Below, in pieces: positions 34,401 to 61,454 of a stretch of 64,000 nt of DNA (positions are counted from its first letter, which is position 1; each line of letters begins with the position of its first letter). The DNA comes from the human T2T-CHM13v2.0 reference genome, Homo sapiens: NCBI RefSeq assembly GCF_009914755.1, contig NC_060940.1; one strand, 5' to 3'. Under the pieces are notes generated by a model. The model worked only from the letters and a program-made list of their open reading frames with translations. It was not told the DNA's origin and did not search any database. A program made the position numbers and the translations under genes.

Positions 34401-34739
34401 AGCAATCCAGTTGAGTTTACATTGCAATGGTGATGAGGACAGGGATTTTTGTGTCCCCTAAATTGGAATGCAAACATTCCTCAATTGGGAGACTCCTAAC
34501 GGCAAAACCACACCAAGCTGCTGTCCTCCTGATACTGAATATATTTTGTTCCCAAAGGATAGTTACCTGAAAGGACCAGTAAGACACCCTCCAACTGAGG
34601 TCATTCCACCTATTTCTGCAAAATTACTTTGAAGGGTCAAATATGAGACCGAGATTCAGTGGCACCTTTCTCAGCCAGGTTTTTGCTTTGTTTGTTTTGT
34701 TTGGTCTTGTTTTTTGGAGGTGATCTTTTTTCTTTTCTG

Positions 34740-34740
<1 letters not shown>

Positions 34741-34815
<75 letters not shown>

Positions 34816-34826
34816 GTGTGTGTGTG
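34741..34826. repeat. Compound (TC)n(TG)n microsatellite
   Basis: Directly visible. Confidence 0.95.
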
Positions 34827-35309
34827 TCTTCCTCCCTCCCTTCCTCTCTCTCTCTCTATTGGTACAGTACTTAAGTGGCATTTAAGAAATCAATAAAGCA
34901 ACAAAAATTATTAACTTTTGTGACCAAAGTGACCTCCCTTCAGCCCCCAGTTGATTAGGCTTTTTTGTTTCCTGGCTGGTGAATATCAATAGGCAAAAGT
35001 ACGACCAAGTCAACCTGCCCTGGTTGCTTTTTGTTTTATTGACATTTGCTGGGTGCCCTTGATGTGAAAAGCATTGTGCTAGTTGCTGGGGATAGGTAGA
35101 TAAGACACAGGCATTCCCAACACAGAGGTGAGAGGACAGTAAAAAATGATTATCACCATGGAGGTCTGTAGGAGGTTCAGGATGAGCCTGGAGGAAGAGA
35201 GGGGACCATATCTACCTTGAGTTGAAACTTGAAGGAGGAATTACAGTTTGCCAAGTGGACAAACAAAGGAACACTGGACGTACTGCCCTCCAAACCTCCT
35301 GCCCTCTAG

Positions 35310-35540
35310 ACCTAAAGCTGGGTGTATTTGCTCCCTTCTCTTTACAAAATAGTTTTTGGTCCCCTGGAACAAAAGATCAGCTTTAGCTCCCTACCTCTGC
35401 CAGAGCAAATATTGGGAAATGTTGAGCTCGATGAGTTTAGTGTTGCACCTTATTGCGTGTGCCACAGGGATGAATCTATTCATCCCCCTCACCCCCACTC
35501 CCTCCACAAATGAGAATCAAGTGGCCAAAGCAAAGCTAAA
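35310..35540 (-). promoter_or_regulatory. Candidate liver enhancer (counterpart of the rat Tat -11 kb enhancer), about -17 kb
   Basis: Minus strand AACATTTCCCAATATTTGCTCTGGCAGA (35423-35396) with a FOXA core; second TATTTGCT at 35325-35332; C/EBP-like TTATTGCGTG 35451-35460. Confidence 0.6.
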
Positions 35541-35778
35541 TCCCAGTAAATGAGATGGGGAAGAACTAGGGGCCACCCAGGGATGCAAGAGGGCGACAAA
35601 AGAACCAACAAACAGTGACCAATAATTGATCCTGCAAAGTTCCTTGTACAAAGGCCCACAGAATGTGCAGAGATGGTGATGTAATATTGCCTGATGTCAG
35701 AGCAACAATCAATAACTATAAGAAATGTGAATGCTGGCTATTCTGGGGTCTCCCAGGAACTCCTGTTTCCTTTCCTTA

Positions 35779-35985
<207 letters not shown>

Positions 35986-35988
35986 TCA

Positions 35989-40785
<4,797 letters not shown>

Positions 40786-41014
40786 TTCCTAAATATCTCC
40801 GGAATCCATTTCCTTCTCCTTATTTCATCATCTCCTCCTAGCCCTAGCTACATCACCATCACCTCTTGGCAGAACTATGTGTAATCGCCTCCTTGGTAAT
40901 CTTCCCTCATCCTAACCTGTTATCCGTATTGCAGTCAGAGTAATATCATCCCAAAGTATTTTCTGATCATGTCACATTTCTCTCCTTCATCCTTGCTTAA
41001 AACTTTTTACTCCA

Positions 41015-43925
<2,911 letters not shown>

Positions 43926-44007
43926 TAATATATATACATGATTTTATAGACCTTTTCTGAAAACAAGGGATGCTTTGAAAAAGGCGTCACAATCTGGGAA
44001 AATTCTT

Positions 44008-46880
<2,873 letters not shown>

Positions 46881-46981
46881 TAAGGATATTATATATCAGA
46901 AGAAGAGTGATAAAGCTGGGTGCCATGGCATGTGCCTGTAATCCCAGCTACTCGGGAGGCTGAGGCGGGAGAACTGCTTGA

Positions 46982-47323
<342 letters not shown>

Positions 47324-47640
47324 TCAAAAAAAAAAAAAAGCTATAATTCCCATTTGGGATACCAGTCTCCAAGACAGTCCCAATGACCCTTGCCTTCTGT
47401 AATTTAGACCTTGCTGTGTTCCTCCCACATTCCAGGGCTGGCTTGTGTGACCAATAGAATACTGTGGAACTAATAGCATGTGGCTTCTAAGGTAAAACTC
47501 AAAAAAGGCACTGCAGGCTGGACACGGTGGCTCACACCCATAATCCCAGAACTTGGGGAGGCCGAGGCGGGTGGATCACTTGAGGCCAGGAGTTCGAGAC
47601 CAGCCTGGCCAATATGGCAAAAGCCTGTCTCTACTAATTA

Positions 47641-47796
<156 letters not shown>

Positions 47797-48766
47797 TCAA
47801 AAAAAAATCGTTTTTTTTTTAAAGGCATTAAGTTTCCATCTTGGTCTCTTGGCTCTCTTGCTCTGGGAAAAGGCAGCTGCCATATTATGCTGACACCACA
47901 GCAGCCCTGTGGAGAGGCTCACCTTGGGCAAGCCAGCTTTGGAGGAGATCCTCAAGCCCTGTGAAGACTCAGGTGTCTCCATCTTGGATGCTAATCCACC
48001 ATGCTGACTTCTGATTAACCCCAGTCCCCAGGAGTGCCTCCTGATTCCAACGTTGTTTACTGCCCTTTATGTAAGAATATGTACTCACTATAAATCCTCC
48101 CTTTAAGCCAAAGCAACCTTGAAGTTATCGTGCAAATTATAGGCTGTGACACACATAGCATTCTTGCCTGTTCTGGAGGGCTGCCTTTAATTCCTTTAAT
48201 TGCGTCTATACGGCAGGCATGTACACCCCTTCCCTCTGGCGTATAAACCCTCTGGGAAGTAACGGTACAGTGATCTACCTATGTTGCTGCCGTCCAAGAC
48301 CACACTTCCACCTGTAAATTCCCCAATAATTCATCCTCTACTGACAAACTGGATTCACCTGCCTTGTTCTTTAGTTTCTCCGCTCCTTCTGTGTTTGGGG
48401 GTTACTTTGCATACACAGCCCTTCCACAGAATAAGCCCCATTAAAGCCTAAATGACTGCAGTCCCTGACAACCTCTTGGCTGTAATGTCGAGGGAGACTC
48501 ACAAACCCACAGTCAAGCCGCTCTTGAATTTCTGATCCGCAGTGTGGTAGAGAATATTTTCAGCATTTGTAGTTCATTATTGAATCATCAGTAACTCACT
48601 GTTCTCATTTAATGCTATTGATCACCTGCTCCTTCTTGCTAAGGTAATCACCCTTAATATCTTTCACGTTCACTTTTTCTCCCTCCCTAGGCCTCAGCTG
48701 GGACCTGCTCTCCCTCCAGAATATTTTGGAATGTTATTTATTTTTTATTTTTCTTTTTTGAGATAG

Positions 48767-48919
<153 letters not shown>

Positions 48920-49054
48920 TAACAGATAGGGGTCTGCCTATGTAGCCCAGACTGGTCTCCAGCAATCATTCTGCTCTGTCCTCCCGAAGTGTTGCGGTTA
49001 CAGGCATGAGCCGCCACGCTTAGCCTGAAATGCTTTTTGGTTTTTTTGTTTTGA

Positions 49055-49162
<108 letters not shown>

Positions 49163-50003
49163 TAGCTGGGACTACAGGTGCGTGCCAACACGCCCGGCTA
49201 ATTTTCATATTTTTAGTAGAGACGGGGTTTCACCATGTTGGCCAGGCTGGTCTCAAACCCCTGACCTTGTGGTCCGCCCGCGTTGGCCTCCCAAAGTGCT
49301 GGAATTATAGGCATGAGCCACCGTGCCTGGCCTGGAATGTTATTTTTATAACAAATTTGACTGAGGTACTTCTCTGATTAAAAGCCATCTCTGGTGGCTC
49401 CATACAGCCTGTACTCTCAAACCTAACCCCAACATGAACACATGTATTTATAAATTATATCTATGAACTGCTGTATTAACATACCATTTACATTATAAAT
49501 CAGATACAGAAAAAGAGATTCCCAAAAAGACAATATTTCCAGATTAAATAGAGGTCTAGGATTTTTTCCCTTCACCACATTGAGAGGTTGTGTGCACCTG
49601 CTTGGAGACCACAGACCCAGAGAGAATACACGATCAGTGACTCATTGCCTGAGAACAATGAGTCACTGATGGTCAAATAAATATTCAATGAACTACAGAT
49701 GCTCAAAATACTCGGTGAATGTCAGGTTCTCAATGAATGTCAGCTGCTACTGGTAGCTGTAAAATTTTTATTACAGAGAAGCTGAGTAAGTTCAAGATTG
49801 AAACGTGTCATTTGTGTTTGGAAGATGTCAATGATCTTAGACAGATCATTTTCAGGTTGCCAGGAAGGAGTCAGACTGTGTCTTGGGTGAGAAGAGTAGG
49901 AGAAATGACTAACTGCATATGCCTGGCTTTGCAGGCTTCTTATAATCTGACCCCTGCCTCCCTCTTCTGCCTTTTTTCCCTTTACTTCTTCCCTTGTGGT
50001 TCA

Positions 50004-50327
<324 letters not shown>

Positions 50328-50386
50328 TTACAGTCCTACTCATTCCTAAAAACTCTCCTTAAGCACTCTCTCTCCTGGAAGTCACT

Positions 50387-51774
<1,388 letters not shown>

Positions 51775-52375
51775 TGAGCTCTCAGCCAGCACGGCTATCT
51801 TATTTCTCTTCCTTGCATCACAGTGGCATCCACAGTGCCTGATAAGCGGTAGCAATGCAATAACAATAGCTAATACAGGCCAGGCGCGGGGGCTCACACC
51901 TGTCATCCCAGGACTTTGGAGGCTGAGGCAGGAGGATGGCTTGAACCCAGGAGTTCAAGACCAGCCTGGGCAATATAGTAAGACCCCTGTCTCTAAAAAA
52001 AATTTTAAATAAAATAAAAGAATAGCTAATACATGTGTAGTTTAAATATATGTTAGGCACTGCTCCAGTGTGTTATGCATATTACTTATTTAAGCCTATG
52101 AAGTAGGTACAATTATCCCCATTTTGCAAGCGAGAGGGTTGCATTTTGGGCAGAGGGAGGGTGAGTGATTTCCCAAGCTCAGTCTCACCTGTGTATTAGG
52201 CGAAGTTCAGGAAATAGTGAACCTATTTAGTGAACCTAAATAGTGAACTCCAGGCGTTGTTTCACAGCTGGATGAGAGAACTCTGGTCACCCAGGCTGAG
52301 TCGGGGGAGGGGATTCTCGAAACTGAGGAAGACGGCATCCTATGGGCTCCCGCGCCTCCCAGCCTGAGCCTGTGC

Positions 52376-52410
52376 TGCCCCCTGCTGGCCAGCTCTGGGC
52401 CCCCTGCAGG
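52376..52410 (-). promoter_or_regulatory. Tandem CTCF motifs
   Basis: Minus strand CCAGCAGGGGGCA (52388-52376, consensus match) and CCTGCAGGGGGCC (52410-52398). Confidence 0.65.
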
Positions 52411-53345
52411 CTCCCTTTCCCACCTAGAGCGCCTGCGTAGGAACTAACCCAGCCAGAAGTCCCCTCTGCCACCAGAGCTTGAGTCTAGGGTCTGACAGCA
52501 AGCACAGGATGTGCTGAGTGGGGAAGAGAATCAAAAGATCTCGCGGAGAATGTGCAAGGATTTCCCCCTTGATCCACATACCTAAGGACTGCCTCCCTCA
52601 TAAGTGAAGGCTGAAAGAAACCATTCAAAGAAACCAAATGGGAAAAGTCAGCTCTGTCCCCAAATGCCATTGCCTGTACCCAAAATCAATAGAAATGTTT
52701 ATTTGTTTAAAGAAAAACTTAGGTAAATATTTGGATTATTCTTACATTAGATTCTCCTTTAGGATGGAATATTGAGTGCTAAATTAACACACCGGTTCTT
52801 AATTAGGGTGCCTGATGGAGCTATTCGAAAACACAGATGCCCGGGCTCTGTTCCCAGCCTGCTGAATCAGAATCACCGGGAGGCGCTACTTCTTCTCCGG
52901 ACTAGCCTCAAACCCAGATTTTCCCAAACCCCAAAGCTCCCAGACCGTTTAATTTCTCACCTTTCCAGCTGGAGGAAAACCAATGCCTTTCCACTTGAAC
53001 TTCAGTGAAAAACTTCATTGTCTAGAGAATACTCCTCCAGGGTATCTGACTCTAGTCTTTCATTGACTTTGAGCTATTTTACAAAATAGCTAATTGCTGG
53101 CAATGCAAAAAAAAAAATTATTGTTTATAAACATGCAAATTATGTTCTGTCTAGTAGAAAGTCAATTGATTTTGCTTACCCTCTGTAAAAAAAAAAATCC
53201 GTTTGCCTCCATTTGCACATTTATTTCATTATTCCTGGTCTACAAATGGGTCTATTTTTTGAACCTATTGTAATATCTGCTTGATTTCTTCAATGATCAT
53301 TGAGTTAAAGAAAATCTTGAACATGTTCATTTTATATCTATGTGA

Positions 53346-53492
<147 letters not shown>

Positions 53493-54021
53493 TAGCTGGG
53501 ATTACAGGCGCACGCCACCAAACCCGGCTAATTTTTGTATTTTTAGTAGAGACAGGGTTTCACAACGTTGGCCAGGCTGGTCTCGAACTCCTGACCTCAA
53601 GCAATCTGCCTGTCTCGGCCTCTCAAAGTGCTGGGATTACAGGCTTGAGCCACCACATCCGGGCGAGAGTTTCTTTTTTGGAAAATTATTTTTAATATAC
53701 CAGTGACAAGTACTTTCCTATTCTCTACTCTTTGGTCATCTGCCACTTACACTCTTTGCTTTGGTTAAAGTTTACTCGGGGGATTTTCTCAGAAAATAAC
53801 TCCCTTTTTGTAACTTTCCACTGTATGCATAATGTCTGTCCGAAGATTCCTGGAAGAACAGCAGAATAACCAAAAGGTGTTATATTTTTAATTAAGGCAA
53901 AAGAGAGGTCAGAAGATTGGTTCCTAAACTTCTCTTCCACAAATAAAATAAACTCATCAGATGTTCACTAGGCTTTAACTCTCAACTACCTTACTTACTC
54001 CGTCCTTACTTGTGTGGTTGA

Positions 54022-54246
<225 letters not shown>

Positions 54247-54720
54247 TAAAAGATCCCTGTCATCTCCTTGAGTACATAGAATTAATTTGTAAGAACTAAT
54301 GTTTCCAAGCATGGTGGTTCACTCCTATAATCTCAGCAGTTTGGGAGGCTGAAGCAGGAGTAACGCTTGAGCCCAGGAGTTTCAGACCAGCCTGGGCAAC
54401 ATAGCAAGACCCTATCTCTCTCTACAAAAAAAAAAGAAAAGAAAAGAAAAGAAAAGAAAAAACTTAGCCAGACATGGTGGCATATGCCTGTAGTCCCAGC
54501 TACTCAGGAGGCTGAGGCGGGAGAATCGCTTGGGCCCAGGAGGCCAAGGCTACAGTGAGCCATGATTGTGCCACTACACACCAGCCTTGGTGACAGAGCA
54601 AGATCTTGTTATTTACCCAATGATTATTTATTGAGCATCTACCAGGTGCCAGGCATAATGGCAAAGGCATAGTCTATGGGAGCTGACAGTCCAGAGAGAG
54701 GTGCAGACACTACACAAATA

Positions 54721-54917
54721 CAGTCATGCGTTGCTTAATGTCAGGGGTATGTTCTGAGAAATGCATCATTTGGTGATTTTGTCATCGTGTGAACATCATA
54801 GAGTGTATTTATGCACAGAGTGTACCTACTTGGTATAGCCTACTAAACGCACCTAGGCTATATGGTATGGCCTATTGCTCCTAGACTGCAAATCTGTATA
54901 GCATGTTATTGTACTGA
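54721..54917 (+). mobile_element. Tigger3-like DNA transposon fragment
   Basis: TA followed by cagtcatgcgttgcttaatg...gttctgagaaatgcatc. Confidence 0.75.
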
Positions 54918-55048
54918 ATTTTTTTTTTTTTTTTTGAGGCAGAGTCTCGCTCTGTCACCCAGGCTGGAGTGCAGTGGTGCCATCTCAGCTCACTGCAACC
55001 TCTGTCTCCTGGGTTCAAGTGATTCTTCTGCCTCAGCCTTCTGAGTAG

Positions 55049-55273
<225 letters not shown>

Positions 55274-55840
55274 TGAAATGCATGTTTTGAGCCAAAATTG
55301 CAACAATTCAAAAAAGGACAGGCCAGTATGAGCTGAAGTCGTGGGAAATATTCTGGTTATCTTTTGCTGAGTATCAAATCACTCCCAAACTTAGAGGTAT
55401 AAGACAACCATTTATTATGCTCATGGATTCTGTGGGTCGGGAATTTGGAAAGGGCACAGTAGGAAGGGCTTGTCTCTGTGCCACAATGTCTAGGGTCTGA
55501 GCAGAGAGACCCAAAGGCTGGGGGTCACCTGATGGCTGGGGCTGGAAGCTTCGAGAGCTCATTCACTAATGTCTCGAGATTGATGCTGGCTGTAGACTAA
55601 GATCTTAGCTAGAGACAACGAAACACCTATACATGGCCTTTTTATGTCACCTGGGATTCCTTACATTATTGTGACTGGGTTCCAAGGTAGAGCAGCCTCA
55701 GAGAGAGCCAGGTAGAAGCTGTATCACCTTTGTTGATGAGCCCAAAAAATCACTCAGCATCACTTCCACTGCATTCTATTCAGGACCAGCTTAATGGGCG
55801 TGTGACCTGTGTGGTCACACAGAGCCCCATGCTTGGTTTA

Positions 55841-56065
<225 letters not shown>

Positions 56066-56405
56066 TCAGAAGGCTGAAGTGGGAGGATCACTTGAGCCCA
56101 GGAGTTTGAGGCTACAGTGAGCTGTGATCACACCACTGCACTCCAGCCTGAGCAACATAGCAAGACCCTGTCTCAAAACAAATAACTAAATAAATGTTTG
56201 TACAAGGGCCCCGTATTTTCATTTGACTGGGACCCACAAATGATGTAGCCGGTTTTGATTCTATTTGTCCAGGCAGTCACAAGGGCCTGCGCAGGCTCAC
56301 AGGGTGGGGACACTGACTTCCCCTCTAGATGGGGCAGTAGCAAGGTTCTGGAAAAGCATGTGAAACTGGAAATATTGGTGTGGCCTTTTTTTTTTTTTTT
56401 TTTGA

Positions 56406-56759
<354 letters not shown>

Positions 56760-57163
56760 TAAAAGACTTTTAAGTGTGTAAATTTCTCAGGCTCCCAGGA
56801 AGATATCCTCAGGTCCCACCTGTTTCAACAAACCCTCTTAAAGAGCCCACAGCTGATATTTATCTATCCCCATATCTATTCAGCAAATCCTGGTTGAGTG
56901 CATTTGGGGACAGGGGAGCATTTACAGGTGATTTGGAGATGTTGGCTTGGGGTTCACAGTGCTGGTGTCAGTAAAAGGAGAAAAAAAGCCTGGGCATGGT
57001 GGCTCATGCCTGTAATCCCAGCACTTTTTGGGAGGCTGAGGCAGGCAGACCACGAGGTCAAGAGATCGAGACCATGCTGGCCAACATGGTAAAACCCTGT
57101 CTCTACTAAAAATACAAAAATTAGCTGGGCGTAGTGGCGTGCGCCTGTAGTCCCAGCTACTCA

Positions 57164-57295
<132 letters not shown>

Positions 57296-57550
57296 CTACA
57301 GGGCAAAGCACAAAAACCCTATAAACAAAGTGTCAGGATGTTAAAGAGAGCCAAAGACCACTTTTAGCTGGAGGAATTTGAGCCGGCTTCCTGGAGACAT
57401 GGCCCCGGGTGGCTCCCCTCCATTCATTCAAGAGTCACTTATTCATTGAACAAGTGTCTTCCGTGCCATTGGAGTTCGAGGCCCTGGGGATTTATCAGGG
57501 AGCAGGATATGTCCCCGCTTTCATGCAGCCTACTCTACAAGGTACAGTCA

Positions 57551-57928
<378 letters not shown>

Positions 57929-58599
57929 TTAGGCAATTAAGAGAAAAATATCCTTAGACTAAGTGGATAAAATTTTTTCTCAAATATTTAAACATAGGCA
58001 AAACATAACAAGCTTAAAGACTGTACTTTTCAAATGTTCTACAAGTGGACATGTATTATTATTGTTATTATCATTATTTTGAGACAGGGTCTCACTCCAT
58101 TGCCCAGGCTGGAGTGCAGGGGTGCCATCACAGCTCACTATAGCCTTGACCTCCTGGGCCCAAGCGATCCTCTCACCTCAACCTCCCAAGTATCTGGGAC
58201 TAGAGGTGTGCACCACCACACCCAGCTAATTTTTGTATTTTTTGTAGAGACAGGGGTCTCCCTATGCTGCCCAGGCTGGTTTTGAACTCCTTGGCTCAAG
58301 CAATCCTCCCGCCTCAGCCTCCCAAAGTGCTGGGATTACAAGTGTGAGCCACCATGCCTAGCCTGTGTATTATTTTTATAATCAGAAAAAAATAGTTCTT
58401 AAAATCACTGGGAAGGTGATTTTAATCACATTTCCACCGATGTACAGAGTGCAAGAGCTATGGGGACATGGCTACCTCTGCCTAGATTTTAAAGGACATT
58501 TAGTTTAGGAGAAAAACCAAAAGTTTGGTAATACATGCTGTTGATGAACTTGTGGGGAAATAAACGCTCTCATGTATAACTAATGGGAATACAAACCTA

Positions 58600-58929
<330 letters not shown>

Positions 58930-59739
58930 TTAATGTCTAGGTCACTTTTTAGACTGGTTCCTTCACCACTTCATTAAAGACTCACCCCATTCCAAGCCCT
59001 GCCATGATCACCATTGAGGCTACAGATACAATATACCAGGCTCTTTTTTTTGTTTTTGAGACAGAGTTTTGCTGTGTCTCCCAGTCTGGAGGGAAATGGC
59101 GTGATCTCAGCTCACTGCAACCTCTGCCTCCCAGGTTCAAGTGATTCTCCCACCTTTGGATGGCTAGGTCACTTTTTAGACATTAAACTTTTGGAGATAT
59201 ACCCCACAGATGTACATGTGAGAATGCAAAATAACACACAAGGTCATTCATACAGCTTTATAGTAGCAAAAGATTAGAAATAATCATACAGCTTTATAGT
59301 AGCAAAAGATTAGAAATAATCCAAATGTCTATCAAGAGAGCACTAATTAAATAAGTTATGATACAGTCATACAGCAGGGCACTATGCAGCTTGAAAAAAA
59401 GAATGAGGACCTTTTTTATTTACCAATATGAAAAGATCTTCAAGATAATTACATGAAAAAAGCAAGTCACAGAACAGAGAACACTATGCTACCTTTCGTG
59501 TGAATCGCAAAGAAGGGTATATAGATTTGATCTGCTTATATTTATGTGAATCAAACCCTAGAACAATTCACAAGAAAATCATTGCAATGATTGTTTGTTG
59601 AGGGGGGCTCTGGATCCCCTTTTCCTGCTGATATACCCATCCCCCAGCCACGATGACACTGACTGACAGCAAGTCACAGCTGTTCCTTCTCTGGGGAATT
59701 GCCTGCCACCCAAAAGAGGGCCACCTGACTTGGAAAGGG

Positions 59740-60950
59740 TATGCTATGGTCTGAACATCGGTGTTCCCCAAAATTCATATGTTGGAACCCAATACCCAAT
59801 GTGACAGTATCAAGAGACAGAGCCTCGGGGAAAGTGATGAGGTCATAAGGGCTCTGCCTTCATGAATGGAATTCGTGCTCTTATAAAAGAGGTTGAAGGG
59901 AGCTTCCTTGCTCCTTTTACCATGTGAGGACACTTAGAAGGCATCATCTATGAGGAACAGGCCTTCATCAGACACCAAATCTGCTAGCATCTTGATCTTG
60001 GACTTCCTGGTCTCCAGAATTAATGAGAAATAAATTTCTATCATTTACAAATTATTCAGTCTATGGTATTTTGTTATAGCAGCCCAAATGGACTGAACAG
60101 AAATTGGTAGGAGAAGTGGGGTGCTGCTGTAACAAATACCTAAAAATGTGGGAGCAGCTTTGGAACTAGGTAATGGCCAGAGGTTAGAAGAATTTGGAAG
60201 AGCACACTAGAAAAATCCTATATTGCCATAAACATACTGTAAAGGGCAGTTCTTGTGAGGAATCAGAAGGAGAGGAGAGCTGTAGAGACCTCAACCTTCT
60301 TAGAGATTACCTAAGCATACCGGCACAGTGGCTCACACCTGTAATCCCAGCACTTTGGGTGGCAGAGGCCAGCGGATCATCAGGTCAGGAGTTCAAGACC
60401 AGCCTGGCCAACATGGTGAAACCTTGTCTCTACTAAAAATACAAAAATTAGCCAGCCGTGGCGGCACATATCTGTAATCCCAGCTACTCAGGAGCCTGAG
60501 GCAGAAGAATTGCTTGAACCCAGGAGGCAGAGGTTGCAATGAGCCAAGATGGCACCACTACACTCCAGCCTGGGTGACAGAGCGAGATTCTGTCTCGAAA
60601 AAAAAAAAAAAAAGAGATTACCTAAGCAATCGTGATCAGGATGTTCATGGAAATATAGACTGTCAAGGCCATTCTGATGAGCTCTCCGACAGCAGTGAGA
60701 AACATGTTATTATAAACTGGAGGAAAGGCCATCCTTGTTATAGAATGGCAAAGAACTTGGCTGAATTGTGTTCATGTCATAGTGTTTTGTGGAAGGTAAA
60801 ACTTGCAAGCAATGAAATAGGCTATTTGGCAGAAGAAATCTCTAAGTAAGTGTTGAAGGTGTGGCATGGTTTCTCTTGACTGCTTACAGTAAAATATGAG
60901 AAGAAAGAATTGAATTAGAAATAAAATTTATAATTAAAAGAGAAGTTGAG
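59740..60950 (+). mobile_element. MaLR (MLT1A/MST-type) LTR plus internal sequence, with an Alu insertion
   Basis: LTR start tgctatggtctgaa; internal aaattggtaggagaagtggggtgctgctgtaacaaatacc; Alu TSD agagattacctaagca. Confidence 0.75.
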
Positions 60951-61454
60951 GGCTGGGTGCAGTGGCTCACGCCTGTAATCCCAGCACTTTGGGAGTCTGA
61001 GGCGGGTGGATCACGAGGTCAAGAGTTCGAGACCATCCTGGCCAACATGGTGAAATCCCGTCTCTAATAAAAAAAATACAAAAATTAGCCAGGCATGGTG
61101 GCACATGCCTGTAATCCCAGCTACTTGGGAGGCTGAGGCAGGAGAATCACTTGAACCAGAAGGCAGAGGTTGCAGTGAGCCAAGATCGCTCCATTTCACT
61201 CCAGCCTGGGAGACACAGCAAAACTCTGTCTCAAAAACAACAACAAAAAAGAGACTGGTATATTGTATCTGTAGCCACAATGGTGATCATGGCAGGGCTT
61301 GGAATGGAGTGAGTCTTCAATGAAATGCTGAAGGGACCAGGAGCCCAGTTCATGACATTATCAAAACACAGTAGAAAGTGAATGAATCGCCGAAGACCGA
61401 TTCAGACTTTGAATGACAAAGACTTCTGACTCTTCCCTAACTTCCATTCTCCCC

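Noticed and set aside
34624-34896. HT/CV/ER repeat ORFs
   Set aside because: Microsatellite translation.
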